Below are positions 23,101-35,674 of a stretch of 64,000 nucleotides of DNA, piece by piece (the stretch's first letter is position 1; every line of letters begins with the position of its first letter). This stretch comes from Marsupella aquatica (lineage: Eukaryota; Plantae; Marchantiophyta), in the NCBI GenBank assembly GCA_973895155.1, contig OZ316898.1, forward strand, positions 20,223,292-20,287,291, in the 5' to 3' direction. Below the pieces are notes generated by a model, which was not told where the DNA came from, did not search any database, and saw only the letters and a list, made by a program, of their open reading frames with translations. The translations under genes were made by a program, and so were the position numbers.

Positions 23101-24771
23101 TTCCCGTGGACGTAGCCTTAGGGAACGGGAACACACAAGAGCTTTAGTGCACTTTTGGCCAGTTAATTGGCCCTAGTATCAAGTCTTTGCAATACAAGTT
23201 CTCCCTAGCTATCTCTCAACCCATTGGTTTCGTAACAATGAGCTTGAGTTCCTTCTATCCATTCAAGCAAACACCGTTCAGGGATATAGTGTGCAACATG
23301 GTTAACCTGACCAAGTCCGCTTTTAAGGTACATTAACCTAATTATGGTTGCAGTTGTAACTCTAGACCTAAGAGCCACTATCCTATCGCCTTGGGCACTC
23401 ATGTACTCCATGTAGACTAAGTGACCCCCTGAGCCAACATATTTTTGAAGTGCCAAAAACTTGCCAAATTCCACTCCACTTTTGGCAAAAACTTGGCAAG
23501 TTTTGTATGTTCCATTAGCCAGTTTCTCATCTAAAGAGCTCTAATTCCCCTTTTGCCAAATTCCCCTTATGCCAAATTCTAATTTCTCAGCTAAAGAACC
23601 CCTTTTGCCAAAATCTCGTGGATATGCTCTAATCCAAGAAGATCGGGTGGTTTCAAATTAATCTAGGACTAGATATGCAATCTTCCGAGCATCTTCTCCT
23701 TGATGCACAATTATACACAAGGTGACATTTGCCACCATGGCAAAAAGAAGAAAGAAATGGGCTGTACTGGACTAACGGAGCACGAGACGTGGCCTTGAAG
23801 AATGGCGAAGTCCAGAACTGCAGTGGAGTGTCCATGGAGGAAACTCACAGAGGTAGGAAGCCCACTGAAGGTACTTCTTTCCTTCGTTCGTTTGCAGGAC
23901 ACCCAACTCAATCCCCATCATTCACTCGTGCCTTTTCCTTCACTCTAAGGCACTTCTTTCCTTCCTTCGTTTGCAGAAAACCCAACTCAATTCCCATCTC
24001 TCACTAGTGCCTTTTCCTCTCCGTTGGACGAGAGAGACAGAGAGCTCGAAACCTGCTTCAAGGTTCGTTCTCGTTATCTAGTACGAGGACGAGTACTGAG
24101 GTCTAGCTTTCGGTGAGAAAATTTGTTGTTCGAACGGAGGGGCAGGACACAAAATGACCTGATTGGTTTCACTTTTCCCCTAGTTGGCGAATTCCTGCTA
24201 TCAGGATTTGGTCGCGGATGTGGAGAAGGCCCAGAGGTGAGGATTGTCAACAGGGTTTGGGTTCGGATGTGGAGGAGCCCAAGTGAATTGTTGTCGATGT
24301 TCGGGTCTAGATGCGGCGGAGCCGCAGTGCATTTATTTGGAGGATCTGGGTTCGACTGTGGAGGAACTTAAGTGAATTATTATCAGGGCATTATGATGAA
24401 CAGAGGGGCGGTGTACCACGTCATGGCCGGGGGCGGGGGTTCTAAATGCAACGTGTGAATTGAATTCTCTCAGCTCACGTTGAGCATAAAGGGTAATGGC
24501 AAAAATAATGAAATGAACTTCGCTTGAATTTCGGTGGATCCAATTTAGGGTTTTAAGGGCAGGGGAGGGAGGGAAGTACTCGGCCTTGCTCTCATTCTGC
24601 GCTATTCCAGCACTCCAAAAAGAACAATCGTCTCTAAGCACCGAAGTAAGGAGGGAGAAAAGAGCATTAAAGTGATTCCGAAGAATTCACAGATTGGCAC
24701 TGCTGCGAAGAGCGCTCACGCATGATCCCGGTAGCTAAGTTGGGCATACGAGCAGCGGGAGTAAGGGTGCC

Positions 24772-27700
24772 ATGGGGAACCAGCTTGCTCGCACAACGCA
24801 GTTGTCACCGTCAGAGTATTACTTGCAGGACCTGCCTTCAACCTACAATCTGGTCTTGAAGGAGGCTCTCGGTGGGGGACGCATATTTAAATCGGTGCAG
24901 TGTGTCCACGATGAAGGGCTACTTCTCGTTAAAGTTTACTTCAAGCGAGGAGAGCTTGGACCAGATCTTAAGGTGGGAGTTTCCTCCCCTTACTCCCCTG
25001 ACAGGTTTTGGTTCTCCCTGAAAACGAAGCAGCAAAGAGTTCATTTACACCCATTCCTTTTGTGCGTTCAAATTTACGATGGGAATGTCAGAGCGCTAGA
25101 ATAATTGCTGAAAAAGACATATGTCCACATGGAGTATTTGTTGGCTCAAGCCTCGTTCGGATCATTGAGTGATCTGTCTTGTGCTGCAAATTCAAGGAAT
25201 GAGGAAGATGTTAATTCCTGGCGGTCTCAATTTGATATCTTTTGTTCTATTTTTTGCATCGATCAGGAACATGATCGCCGGTTACGAGACATTCAAACCC
25301 GCCTCAAAAACTTGGAACACTCTCATGTTTGGCCCTTTCAAGTAAGTTTGAATCCTTGATATGAGAACTCTTGTCTACTTTCTGTGGGGCTGCTGTACTG
25401 AAAGTTGTTGGTTTAGAATTTTTAGAGTGAGCATTTCGAGGACCGGAGGCAGGACTCAAATTCTTTTGTATCCTAGCTCTGTAGAAAATGGGATCATTGT
25501 TTAAAAAAGAGGACTGCAAATATAACTTGGCGGAAGAGAAGAAAGAACGGCTTTTAACAGGTTATTCTTGCTGCAAATTGATGGACTGGCTCAGACGGCT
25601 TGATTATGGGGTCGGAGTGAGTGAACTGAATTACACCAAACTACAGCAACCTTTAGTTTGACTATTCAAACGAAACGGGGAAATGCCAGCCACAAATGAA
25701 AACGGAAAGAGTGAACGTTGTCAATGTTTTCCTTGTTGGAAGCACAAAAGTCGAAGCAATTCAGGAATCTATCGACAAACTTTAGTAAGACTTTGTACTT
25801 TTGCAGACATGGCTTGAGACCGACAAAGCAGCATATCTTCTCCGGCAATATTTTTTTAATAATCTACACGACCGCATCAGTACACGGCCGTTTCTTAGCC
25901 TGATGGAAAAAAAGTGGCTCACATTTCAGGTACGTTAGTCATCACCCATGCCATCCTCTGGCTAAGGTATCATATAGGGTGATGCACTGTAAATTCGAAG
26001 TTCAATTGTTTCAGTAATAACTCAAGTTCAAGAGGCCTTCACAATTTAACTAATGTATTAACAAAGGTCTATACTACAACCTTTTTTGGCGTGTTCTGAT
26101 GAACCAAAGTTGGCGAGTTTGGCAGTTGGTGTATGCAGTGAAGCAATGCCATGAACGGGGTGTTTGTCACGGTAAAGTTCTTACTGCCGCTCGAGTAGTG
26201 ATCTAGTTTTTGAACAGGAAGACAATCGGGTTTTGATGCGGACTATTGCTGGATTTTGTCCTTTTTCCAGCTCTCCAATACGTTTCCCAGGATTGTTATG
26301 TTGGATACTAACGGAGTGCATCATCTGCAGGCGACATTAAGTGCGAGAATGTGCTGGTTACATCCTGGAATTGGGTGTACCTCGCAGACTTTGCATCTTT
26401 CAAGCCCACTTATCTCCCCTCTGACAACCCTTCTGATTTTTCATTCTTCTTTGATACTGGAGGTCGACGAAGGTGTTACCTTGCTCCTGAGGTAAATTGT
26501 CCTTAGGTTTTGCTGCAAAAGTTACCGAGTACTAAATTTCTTAAGCAAGAGGTACTAGTGACGTGTATCGAGGATTAGCAACGACAATAGTGACTAGTTG
26601 GTCTCTATGTGCAGCGCTTTTATGACCCTTCAAGTGATCCTCCCGTATCTTCTGATGCTCTTTTAAAGCCAGCAATGGACATATTTTCCATGGGGTGAGT
26701 TTTCCTTCTTCAGTCAACTATTTCCTTGTGGTCTTCATCTTCACCAACTATTGATATTGCATCTCAGTCAAATTTCATCAGGGAGGTGTCACTCGATATT
26801 CTTCATTCCATGATTAACCCTTGCAAGCGTCTGTCAATGTTCTGCGTTGCTATTCTGAGTTTGGTTGACGAAACCGTTTCAAACTTCTTTTTGGTCATTT
26901 TTTGTTAGGTTATGCTGCCGACCTGCCTGGACTTTTGTTGATATTTAGTATGAACCTGAATACAACACGGATCTGAATTGCTGATCTTTTTCAGGTGCGT
27001 GATTGCAGAGCTCTTTCTTGAAGGGCAGGCACTATTCGACTTGTCCCAGTTATTGGCATACCGCAAAGGCCAGTACGACCCTCGCCCTTCACTGCAAAAG
27101 GTTAAGCCTGTCAGACTCTTACCAGAATATCTTGATGAAGAAATTCTCATTAAGAGTTCCATTAGATGATGGGGTTGAGAGAAATGTGAGCATCTCGTCA
27201 TCTACCTCTTGACTGTTACATTTCTTCATTGCTTTCTAACGAATTGTCCCGGATTGTATACATGGCAGATCCCTGACGAAAGAATCCAGGAGATGATATT
27301 GCATATGATACAATTAAGTCCTTCCGCCAGATTGTCGCCAGATGAATACCTACAAACGTGGGCCCCTACCGTGTTTCCGAGCTACTTCTCACCTCTGCTC
27401 CATAAGTTCTTTTCTACCCTGGTCCCTGTGGACACAGACACGAGGGTAAGCTATCGCTATGCTTAGTTTTTTAGTGGTAGCCTCAGTCTGCACTCTCATC
27501 GAAGTTATTCAGCTCCTGACGATCATGTCTTGTCCAGTTTTGTACCAATATCTTCATGTGCGCTGCAGAGTAGCACATTTTGTCAACTTTTTCTCTTCTG
27601 CTCGTAAAAATGCTTTATCATGGCAATTTTCTGGGCATAAGAAATGTCGCTTTGATATAAGATGCTTCTCACTTTTATGTAAGGGACACATACGAATATG

Positions 27701-30700
27701 TACCACTGACGAATATAATGATATCTGTAGGTAGCTCGTACTCAATATGCTTTTGCTGAGATTCGCAAGCAAATGCTAGCTGAGGTCTCGAGTAAAGGGA
27801 CACAGAAGTCAGGACTTAAAGGTCGGGACAGAACCATACTGCAAGAAATTGGAAACGCTGAGGGCAGTGAAGGGGATGGTGGGGCGGCTTTTGACATTAG
27901 CCATTTGCCTGGACAAGGTGATGTTTCATCAAGATTTGCTGCAACCAAGTACAAGTCAGGTGGTACCCTACATCGTGTGAAGGCGGCAGGTGTCGCCATG
28001 GCTCACAGACAAAACCCCTTGAAAGCACCTGGAGAAGAGGTTCATCGCTTACTCTACCATGGATTTCCTTCCATCAGTGTGCAATGACAGACCTGTCTAA
28101 AGATCCTTGCTAATATCGGCCCATACATATCTTCGAAATTTTAATAACACATCATGCCTTCCTGAGTATTTAACTTCATCATTTTTCCTCTGCAATTTTA
28201 CACTCTTCACTTTGTCATAGAAAAGCTGCTGCCGATTAGTCTACATCACTCTTCCCATCTCTTGCATTCGGAAGGCTAACTGGCTATCGGCTGCCACAGA
28301 TGTTTAACTATAAGATGGAACCTATCGAGATCCTTTCTGAAAGAGCCTTTACTAAAGGAGGTGCAGAGTCACAAGGTTTGAACAGCTTGAGGAGACAAAA
28401 AGAGAACAGCGGGCCCAATTTTGATCGAGCAGGTGGGGACGTTGCACTGGCTGTATATTAATCTAAATTACTATTCCCTAATTTTATGGAGTTTGATTGT
28501 TGCAACTGGCAATTGGTCACATGTTGATAATAAAAGTTGATGCGCGTCTACATGTGCAATCATTCTTGCTGCCAAATGGACTCACACTGGACGCTTATTC
28601 TATGATCACACAGGAGGTGTGAAGAATGCTGCAGCTTCTTTGGATCAGCAGCCGCAGTGTGATGGAATTATCCTGATAGCAGCACTGCTTTGTGCATGCG
28701 TCAGAAACGTTCGACTTCCCCAGGCTCGTAGGGGTGCCATACAACTTCTCCATGAAGCTGCTCGGTACTGTGATAACGATGCTCGTCTGCAACATATACT
28801 ACCTTATGTTGTGGCACTTCTCTCTGATCCTGCCGCAATTGTGCGATGTGCTGCCTTGCAAAACATGTGTAATCTGCTGTCTATGGTGGAAAATTTCCCT
28901 CCAAGTGATGCAAAGATCTTTCCTGAGTATATCTTGCCTCTCCTTTCAATGATCCCAGATGACCCGGAGGAGAGTGTCAGAATCGCCTATGCTAATAACA
29001 TTCACAAGATTGCCAGGGCATCCTATCGCTTCCTGGTCAGCTCACAGTATTTGAATGAGATTGGGGGAGCTCTAGATAGTCCCATTCGTCCCCCAAGAGC
29101 AGCAGCACTACATCTAAGGGAGGTGGAGCTTTCTCATCTAAGGGAAACAATTGCCCGTGTCATTCAAGAGCTGGTGATGGGCCAGAAACAGACACCAACA
29201 ATTGGAAGGGCATTGCTGCAACACGTCGGGTCATTGTGTCCTTTCTTTGGACAGAAACAGAGCAACGATTTCCTACTACCAATCCTCCCTGCCTTTCTCA
29301 ACGATCGTGATGAACAGCTACGATCAGTATTCTTTGAGCACATTGTGCATGTGTGCCTTTTTGTTGGTCAAGCAAGTCTGGAAAATTATCTACTGCCGTA
29401 CATTGAGCAAGCCCTCAGTGATGTGGAAGAAACTGTTATTGTAAATGCATTGGAATGTCTGGCTGCCCTCTGTGTCTACAAGCTTTTGAGAAAAAGGGTT
29501 GTGCTGGAAGCAGTGGAGCGCGCGTCCCCACTTCTTTGTCATCCCAGCCAATGCGTACAAAGAGCTGCGGTAACGTTTGTGTCAGCAACAAGTGCAAGCC
29601 TTGAGCCAGTGGATTCACATGCGTTTTTATCTCCTATTCTAAGACCTTTCTTGCGCAGAGAGCCAGCGTCTCTCTGTTCCGAGGATTCAATCCTGGTTTG
29701 TCTCAAGCCACCTGTGTCCAGAGAGGTCTTCAACCGTGTTTTGAGTAATGTAATGCTTTCACAAACTCTTCCAGAGACGGGGCCGGTGAAGTTGCGATCG
29801 AAAGGCAGGCAAAGGGTAGCACAAATTCAACCACCACCGGAGTTTGGAGGTATTCAATCTCATGTTGGTATATCAGAACGGCGTAAGGCAGACAAAGAGG
29901 CCAGCAATAGTTTGGCTGTGAGTGAAGTCCGCTCAAAACATGATTTTCCTGGGAGAAAGTCTTCAGCTAGTGGCCTACCGTCAGCTGGATCGAATGAACG
30001 GCCTTCTTCTGCAAGTGAAAATGAAGATGGAGAAAAGATGAAGGCCATGGAGGGATACATTCGAAACCTCTCAAGTACCATGCAAACTAGGATGCACAAT
30101 TGGGAGGTTGAGAATACTGAGAAACTTGAGAGCTCTGCAGTTGGACTTCCACCTGGAGTTGGAGCTGGATACTATTCACATTATGATGGGTCTTCAGAAG
30201 GCATTCCGCTCTATTCTGTACCTCTAGCAGAAAGAAAGTCTGAGGGAGGCGCTCCTGGCCAAAGCAATCTGATGGGTCCCAGTGCGTCATCATATAATGA
30301 GGATTGGAGCAGAATTTTCGGTACACGACAAACTGGGACGCCTTTCCAAATGGCCCCTGTTGGTGGATCTCTGGGTCCAGCCTCGTCTCAGTGGGCGGCA
30401 ATTGCATCAAATGCATCAAGTCCCACGGGGGAGCCTATGCAAAGATCTATAGCTGCTGTACCTATAGCACCAAGATTTATGGCTGGTTCATTGTATCATG
30501 CAGTCTCTGCGGCTGGTCCAAGGAGAGTGTACGAGGTCATGAGAGAGGGTGGAAGAGAAGGAGAGGGTAGTTACGTGGCGTCATCCTCTGATATTGGAAT
30601 TCATGACATGGGGAATGCACCACCAATCGAACCAACCTTTGAAATATATCCTGCACCTGATTCTGTTACTGCATTGTTAGGATCAGTTCATTTGGGGCAA

Positions 30701-32926
30701 TCAGCAATTGAAAGTTCTTGGAGACCAAAGGGCGTGCTCATTGCACATCTGCAGGAGCATCAGCGGGCTGTCAATGAGGTCTCCGTTTCCAGTGACCAGA
30801 CATTTTTTGTGAGTGGCTCAGATGATGGAACTGTGAAGGTCTGGGACTGCAGGCGTCTGGAACGGGACGTCTCTTTTCGTTCACGACTGACCTACGACTT
30901 TCCATCTGGCCGGGTTCTCTCTGTAAAAATGCTTAGTGATGGGCATCAAGTAGCTGCGGCGTCAAGTAGTGGGGCTATCCATGTGCTGAATATTGATTAT
31001 CAGGCAAGGTTGGGGGGCAGCAATGAGAGATACACTGGCTTCTCAGACATTCGCAAGCTAGATAGTGATGAGGGTGCAATTCTCTCTCTTCAGAATTTTG
31101 TACCAGAGGGACCACCACATTTGCTGTATAGTACACAACGAAGTAGAACTCATCTATGGGATCTGAGATCCCCAGTTGAAGCTTGGGTTCTCAAAGGAGA
31201 TCCAGCAGAAGGGTATACATCGGCGACAGCTTTGGACCCAAATTGTAATTGGTTGGTCACTGGCACTTCTAGGGGAGTTTTGACTCTCTGGGACTTACGG
31301 TTCCAGGTACCTGCGAACACCTGGCAGCATCCGTTAGGATGTACCGTCGAAAGCATGTGCCCTCTTCTTCCCAGGACTGGCACGGTGCTGTCCTCAAGTG
31401 CACGACCCTTCATTTATGTTGCTGCAGGTCAGGATGAGATAGCCCTATGGAATGCGGAGGATGGAAGCTGTCACCAGGTAATCTAATACTTTGGGTTTGG
31501 CAAACCTTCAGTCTGCCCTGATTTTCACTTGTAGCATCTGATCGCAGCTTGGGGCTTCCTGCTGGGGGCATTGTCCCTTTTTTGTCCCTTGTTTTTTCTC
31601 TCTTCTTGGAAAATTTGCTTCACGCTCCTCGTCATCGTTTTCCTACTGGCGTTGGGTTCTATACTCACTATTTTTAATTTTGTTGAGCAGGTCATGAAAT
31701 TGGCTGCAGACACTGAAACCGAAGTAAGAGAAATTCCTGCTGCCCTGGCACCACGGGCTCCAAACTTAAAGTTTGGTCTTAGCACGACGCCTTCAAGCAA
31801 ACACTCAAGTGTCCCAAATGCCAAAGACTATAGAATGGAGGAGCTCAATGAACCGCCCCCCAGGTTAGGTGGGGTGCGTGCTTTGCTTCCGCTGGCAGGT
31901 GGATCTGGTCTGCTAACTGGAGGCACAGATTGTCGTGTCCGTATGTGGGACCGATTAAGGTAGGCAGTTGTCTCGAACTTCACAAGAGATTCTTCCTTTG
32001 CGAGTCTGTAGTGTCTGTTATGTTATAACCCACCTTTGGAAGAAGTATAGTTTTCATAATCATGCTGTACTGCCGTTATCCTTCTCAATGCGTGTGTCCA
32101 TAGGATAGCATTGTGTTTAGATTGTTAGATTGATAGAAGATCAGCTGCTAATCGTTTTGGGGTGCATTTTGGCAGACCTGAACACAGCTATACAGTTTGC
32201 GGACCTAGTGGGAAAGCTTCGGAGCAAGTGGTGTATGAGACCAGTCTCTTCTCTGGGGTCCGCATTGTTCAGGTTGGCTCGAACCCTACCGCCAAGGCAT
32301 GACATCTTTTTTCCGTCTTAACTTCAATGTCAGTTTAAAGTCATACTCTGTTCCAAAATAGAGGTCTTATTGTACATACTATATTTTGCACTTTTAGTTC
32401 TCTTCTGCGGTTTTCGTTATCTCCATAGTGACTGGACTTCCATAATGGGGCAAAGAATCGTAAAGGTGAGTTTTGAGAGAAGTTAAAAGTACACATTAGT
32501 TTCTTCAAGCTCTTAGGAAATTTGAATATGGAATGTAAATGGAGACGAAGGGATTATTCATCAGATAGAGAACAACAGTTATTTCAACCACAAGGAGCAG
32601 GGAATTATCGGTTATGTTTATCCTCGTAGTCAAATGGCCTGCAATTGAACACAGGACTGTGACTGCGATTCATGAGCTGGTCTGACGTCATTCTTTGTTA
32701 CACTGCACGTCTGATTTTGTTCCTTCAGGAGCATATAGGAGGAGAAAACCGTAATGTTAACACACAAGTTGGAAGATCTCCCACTGCGAAAAATGGTGTA
32801 GTGGCTGCTGCCTTGGACAGTGTTGGATGTCACCGTGACTGTATCCGCTCAATAGCATCTGCCCAAGTAAACCAAAAGATTCTCATCTCGAGTGGTCGAG
32901 ATGGAGCCATCAAGGTTTGGAAATAA
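24772..32926 (+). CDS. VPS15: VPS15 / phosphoinositide 3-kinase regulatory subunit 4 (kinase-like + HEAT + WD40), 14 exons, about 1612 aa
   Basis: Exons: 24772-24972, 25267-25341, 25807-25929, 26126-26171, 26331-26491, 26615-26694, 26995-27100, 27269-27445, 27731-28039, 28300-28432, 28614-31477, 31691-31959, 32176-32272, 32729-32926; total 4839 nt, in frame. Myristoylation start [51 protein letters not shown] region ([13 protein letters not shown]), WD40 region ([19 protein letters not shown]...[12 protein letters not shown]). Exons 9-10 boundaries are the least certain. Confidence 0.95.
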
Positions 32927-34129
32927 GCATGATTGTAGCTAAAGTTTAGTTGCAGTCTGGTAGACTTCTAGCGACTTAGTTGTAGAGCAGGGTGTTGCAC
33001 CTTGGGAACGGTTTCCTTGTATGAGGTTATTGCATAACCACTCGTTGTACTTGCTTCAACTAGCGCCTTTGAGAACCAGTTGAACCGGTGATCAGTTTCA
33101 ATTAGGCTGCAACAATCGTAGTTGGGTGGGATGTACAGAAGGGGAACCTTCAGGCATTGGTCATGTTGGAGGACGTACATAACTATTAGCATAGCTGACC
33201 GGAATATAGCCATTTGATGTCAACCGTAAAGATTCTTTCTCTTGTTCATCACAAACCTAGGATACACAACAATTGCAGTCCACCAAGCAGTATTGTGGGA
33301 CATGTGACTTTAATGGAAGAAATATACTGGCCTAAGTATATTTTCTGGATCCGTAAGTTGTGGCGTGGAACTTGGCTCATGTCTCTGCTTGAGGATTGTC
33401 TGAATCGACTCTACGAGACCCTCCCTCTGGGGTCTGATGCCAGTGTACCTTGAATGAAGCGTTGGACCTTTCCTTGGACTTCAAACCAGGATGAAAGTTA
33501 GAGAGAGCAAAGGTATCACCAATTTGGGCAGCAACCAACTGATCTTAAAGCTGTTTGTGGGACCAGCATGTAAGCTGGTCCACACTTCCACCACAATCAA
33601 TCAATCAGTAATGTAGCCAGGGATTCTTCAGGATATGTTTGACCTGAGGCTAGATTAATCTTCATGGTAGTGTCATTCAGTACCTAAAATAAATCTGCAT
33701 TGATAGAACAGCCCGTTTACATCCTTTGTGCAGGGTAGTCTTACCTTTGTTAGTGTCATTCGTTGAACGACAATTAGGGGGGTGGTTGGGGGCATCGTCA
33801 GGAGCTTTGGGACAACAAGCTGGTGTTTGGTACAAGAATTCCCCTAATTCACCCACGTCTAGAAGCCACTACTACTTTTTGGCTGACAATGCCCCACAAT
33901 AGCGTTCGGCAGTGACAGCCAGTTCTGAGACACATTATTGATATGAACTATCTTACGTCAATTTTAAAGACCTCTCTGAAACACTGGTTCTATTCTGGAT
34001 AACGCATTTGTGGCCAACGTCGTTTATCGCGTACCTGTGGGTTCTCCTTCTCTTCTTTTCAGCTGGAGACAAATTACCCAGTCATCGATTCATTCGACTT
34101 TTGGGGATGGAAAGGGAGATGAGGATAAT

Positions 34130-35219
34130 CATGCTACTGGGGAATAAATATTTCTGGGCGGCCACCCACAATTAAAGGTGTTGTCTCTGGAGATCTATTT
34201 CTGCAAATGAAACCCTGATGACAAATGAGAGCCGCCGTTGTGGTACCAGCAATGCATGAGAACATTACAGTCAGCATCTTTGGCGCGATTGCCAGATTGA
34301 TCCCTATCAGTAACATCTTACAGTAGCATTTTTTGTAGTAATCGGAATCGAAAGATTTTCCTGTAAAGTCAACATCACAGTCCTGAAAGGTGTTCATTCT
34401 GCCGCAGTCGTTGTCAGGGACGCTGACGTTCTGCTACCGTTGTGATCCAGATTTTCCGTAATGCCCGGACCAGGAGCAGCCATCCCATGACTACTCATCA
34501 TATTGCATCACAAAACTTTTGGATTGCAAACGAAAGCATGCGTCACACAACTTCTGGATTGCAAACGAACGCACTTTTTGTCACGAAAGCAAAACACTGT
34601 AGAGTTGCGCTGTCCTCTCGTGTAAATTTAAAACATAAATCAGGATGAGAGTGTTCCCTCCCGTGTCTGGTGCCGTCACGCTATTTGTGGGCGACGGCTG
34701 GAAAGCCTACAAGTCTGGAACAGTCGTGGTCGTATGAAATAAAAGAAGGAAGAAACTCTAGGACCTTCGTGCTCACCCTCGTCACGTCAGCAGTAGTGAA
34801 CACAGGACGGGTCGATTCAAGGCAAAAGGGAATGTACCCAATGCCGATTTTAGGTTTTTCTGCTCGATTACTACTCTCACATTTGGTATCAAAATCTCGG
34901 GTTCCAGGACAGCAGTACCTCCTCACGGGTTGGGTGTTCATCGTTGAAAGCAATGGTGCGGGAGCAAGCAACCAGAGTACCAGACGAATATATAACAGGT
35001 CTCCCCGAAACAACCGAGGAAAGACGGTTTTGACATCTTATGGGAGAAACTAAATATCGTAGAAAGTAGGAAAGAACAGAGCAACCAGCGATGAGGCAAG
35101 TGTACCTCTGGCCCTCTGATGGGGTGCTGACTAAATACGTCAGGATGATATAGACAAGAAGGAACGAGGAAAGGGCAGCGTGGGAAGCTGAATTGCGACC
35201 GAAGCAAGAGGGTTGACAT
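34130..35219 (-). pseudogene. Probable degenerate multi-exon gene for a small secreted Cys-containing protein (weak PLAT/ATS3-like resemblance)
   Basis: ATG 35219 is out of frame with a signal-peptide-like stretch (AALSSFLLVYIILTYLVSTPSEG-QR) that ends at a GT donor (35105). Phase-consistent exons follow: 34919-35036 (CQNRLSSVVSG...TIAFNDEHPTREE) and 34322-34430 (NVSVPDNDCGRMNTFQDCDVD...KKCY). The last exon has no clean acceptor and contains a stop. Confidence 0.35.
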
Positions 35220-35674
35220 CTTGACAATGATGTTCTACTCTCCAAGTTGCATATTCAGACGATCAGCAATTGCCAGTGACATTCGTGTATTTGTAGTCGT
35301 AAAATTCGGGATGGACCTTCAGTATCATTGACCACCATAACGTGAAGTGTTTCCAAATAAAGGAGCGGCACCCATTTTCAAAAGAGCCTGAGAAAACCTC
35401 ACTCGACCCAAGCTCGACGTCAGTTCAATCTGTTCTCTTTTGACTCTTCTACATCACGGTCTGTCCGAGAAGAACCGCAAAACGCGACGCGACGGTGCGC
35501 TTTATTCCACGGCAAGGGTCCAAGTATGTCTTCCTTTAGCAATAGCCGAACTGATCAGGTAGGGAAAGTGAAAGAATGGCGATCTGAACGCCACATTCAT
35601 ATTTACCCTTAGTTGTGACGAATTTGAGAACAGGCACCCCCCCCCTCCCCCCACCCCCCCTTCCTTTCCTTTTC

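Noticed and set aside
29111-29144. 11-bp direct repeat catctaaggga within VPS15 exon 11
   Set aside because: In frame, short, and explained by the repeated HLRE peptide; no further signal.
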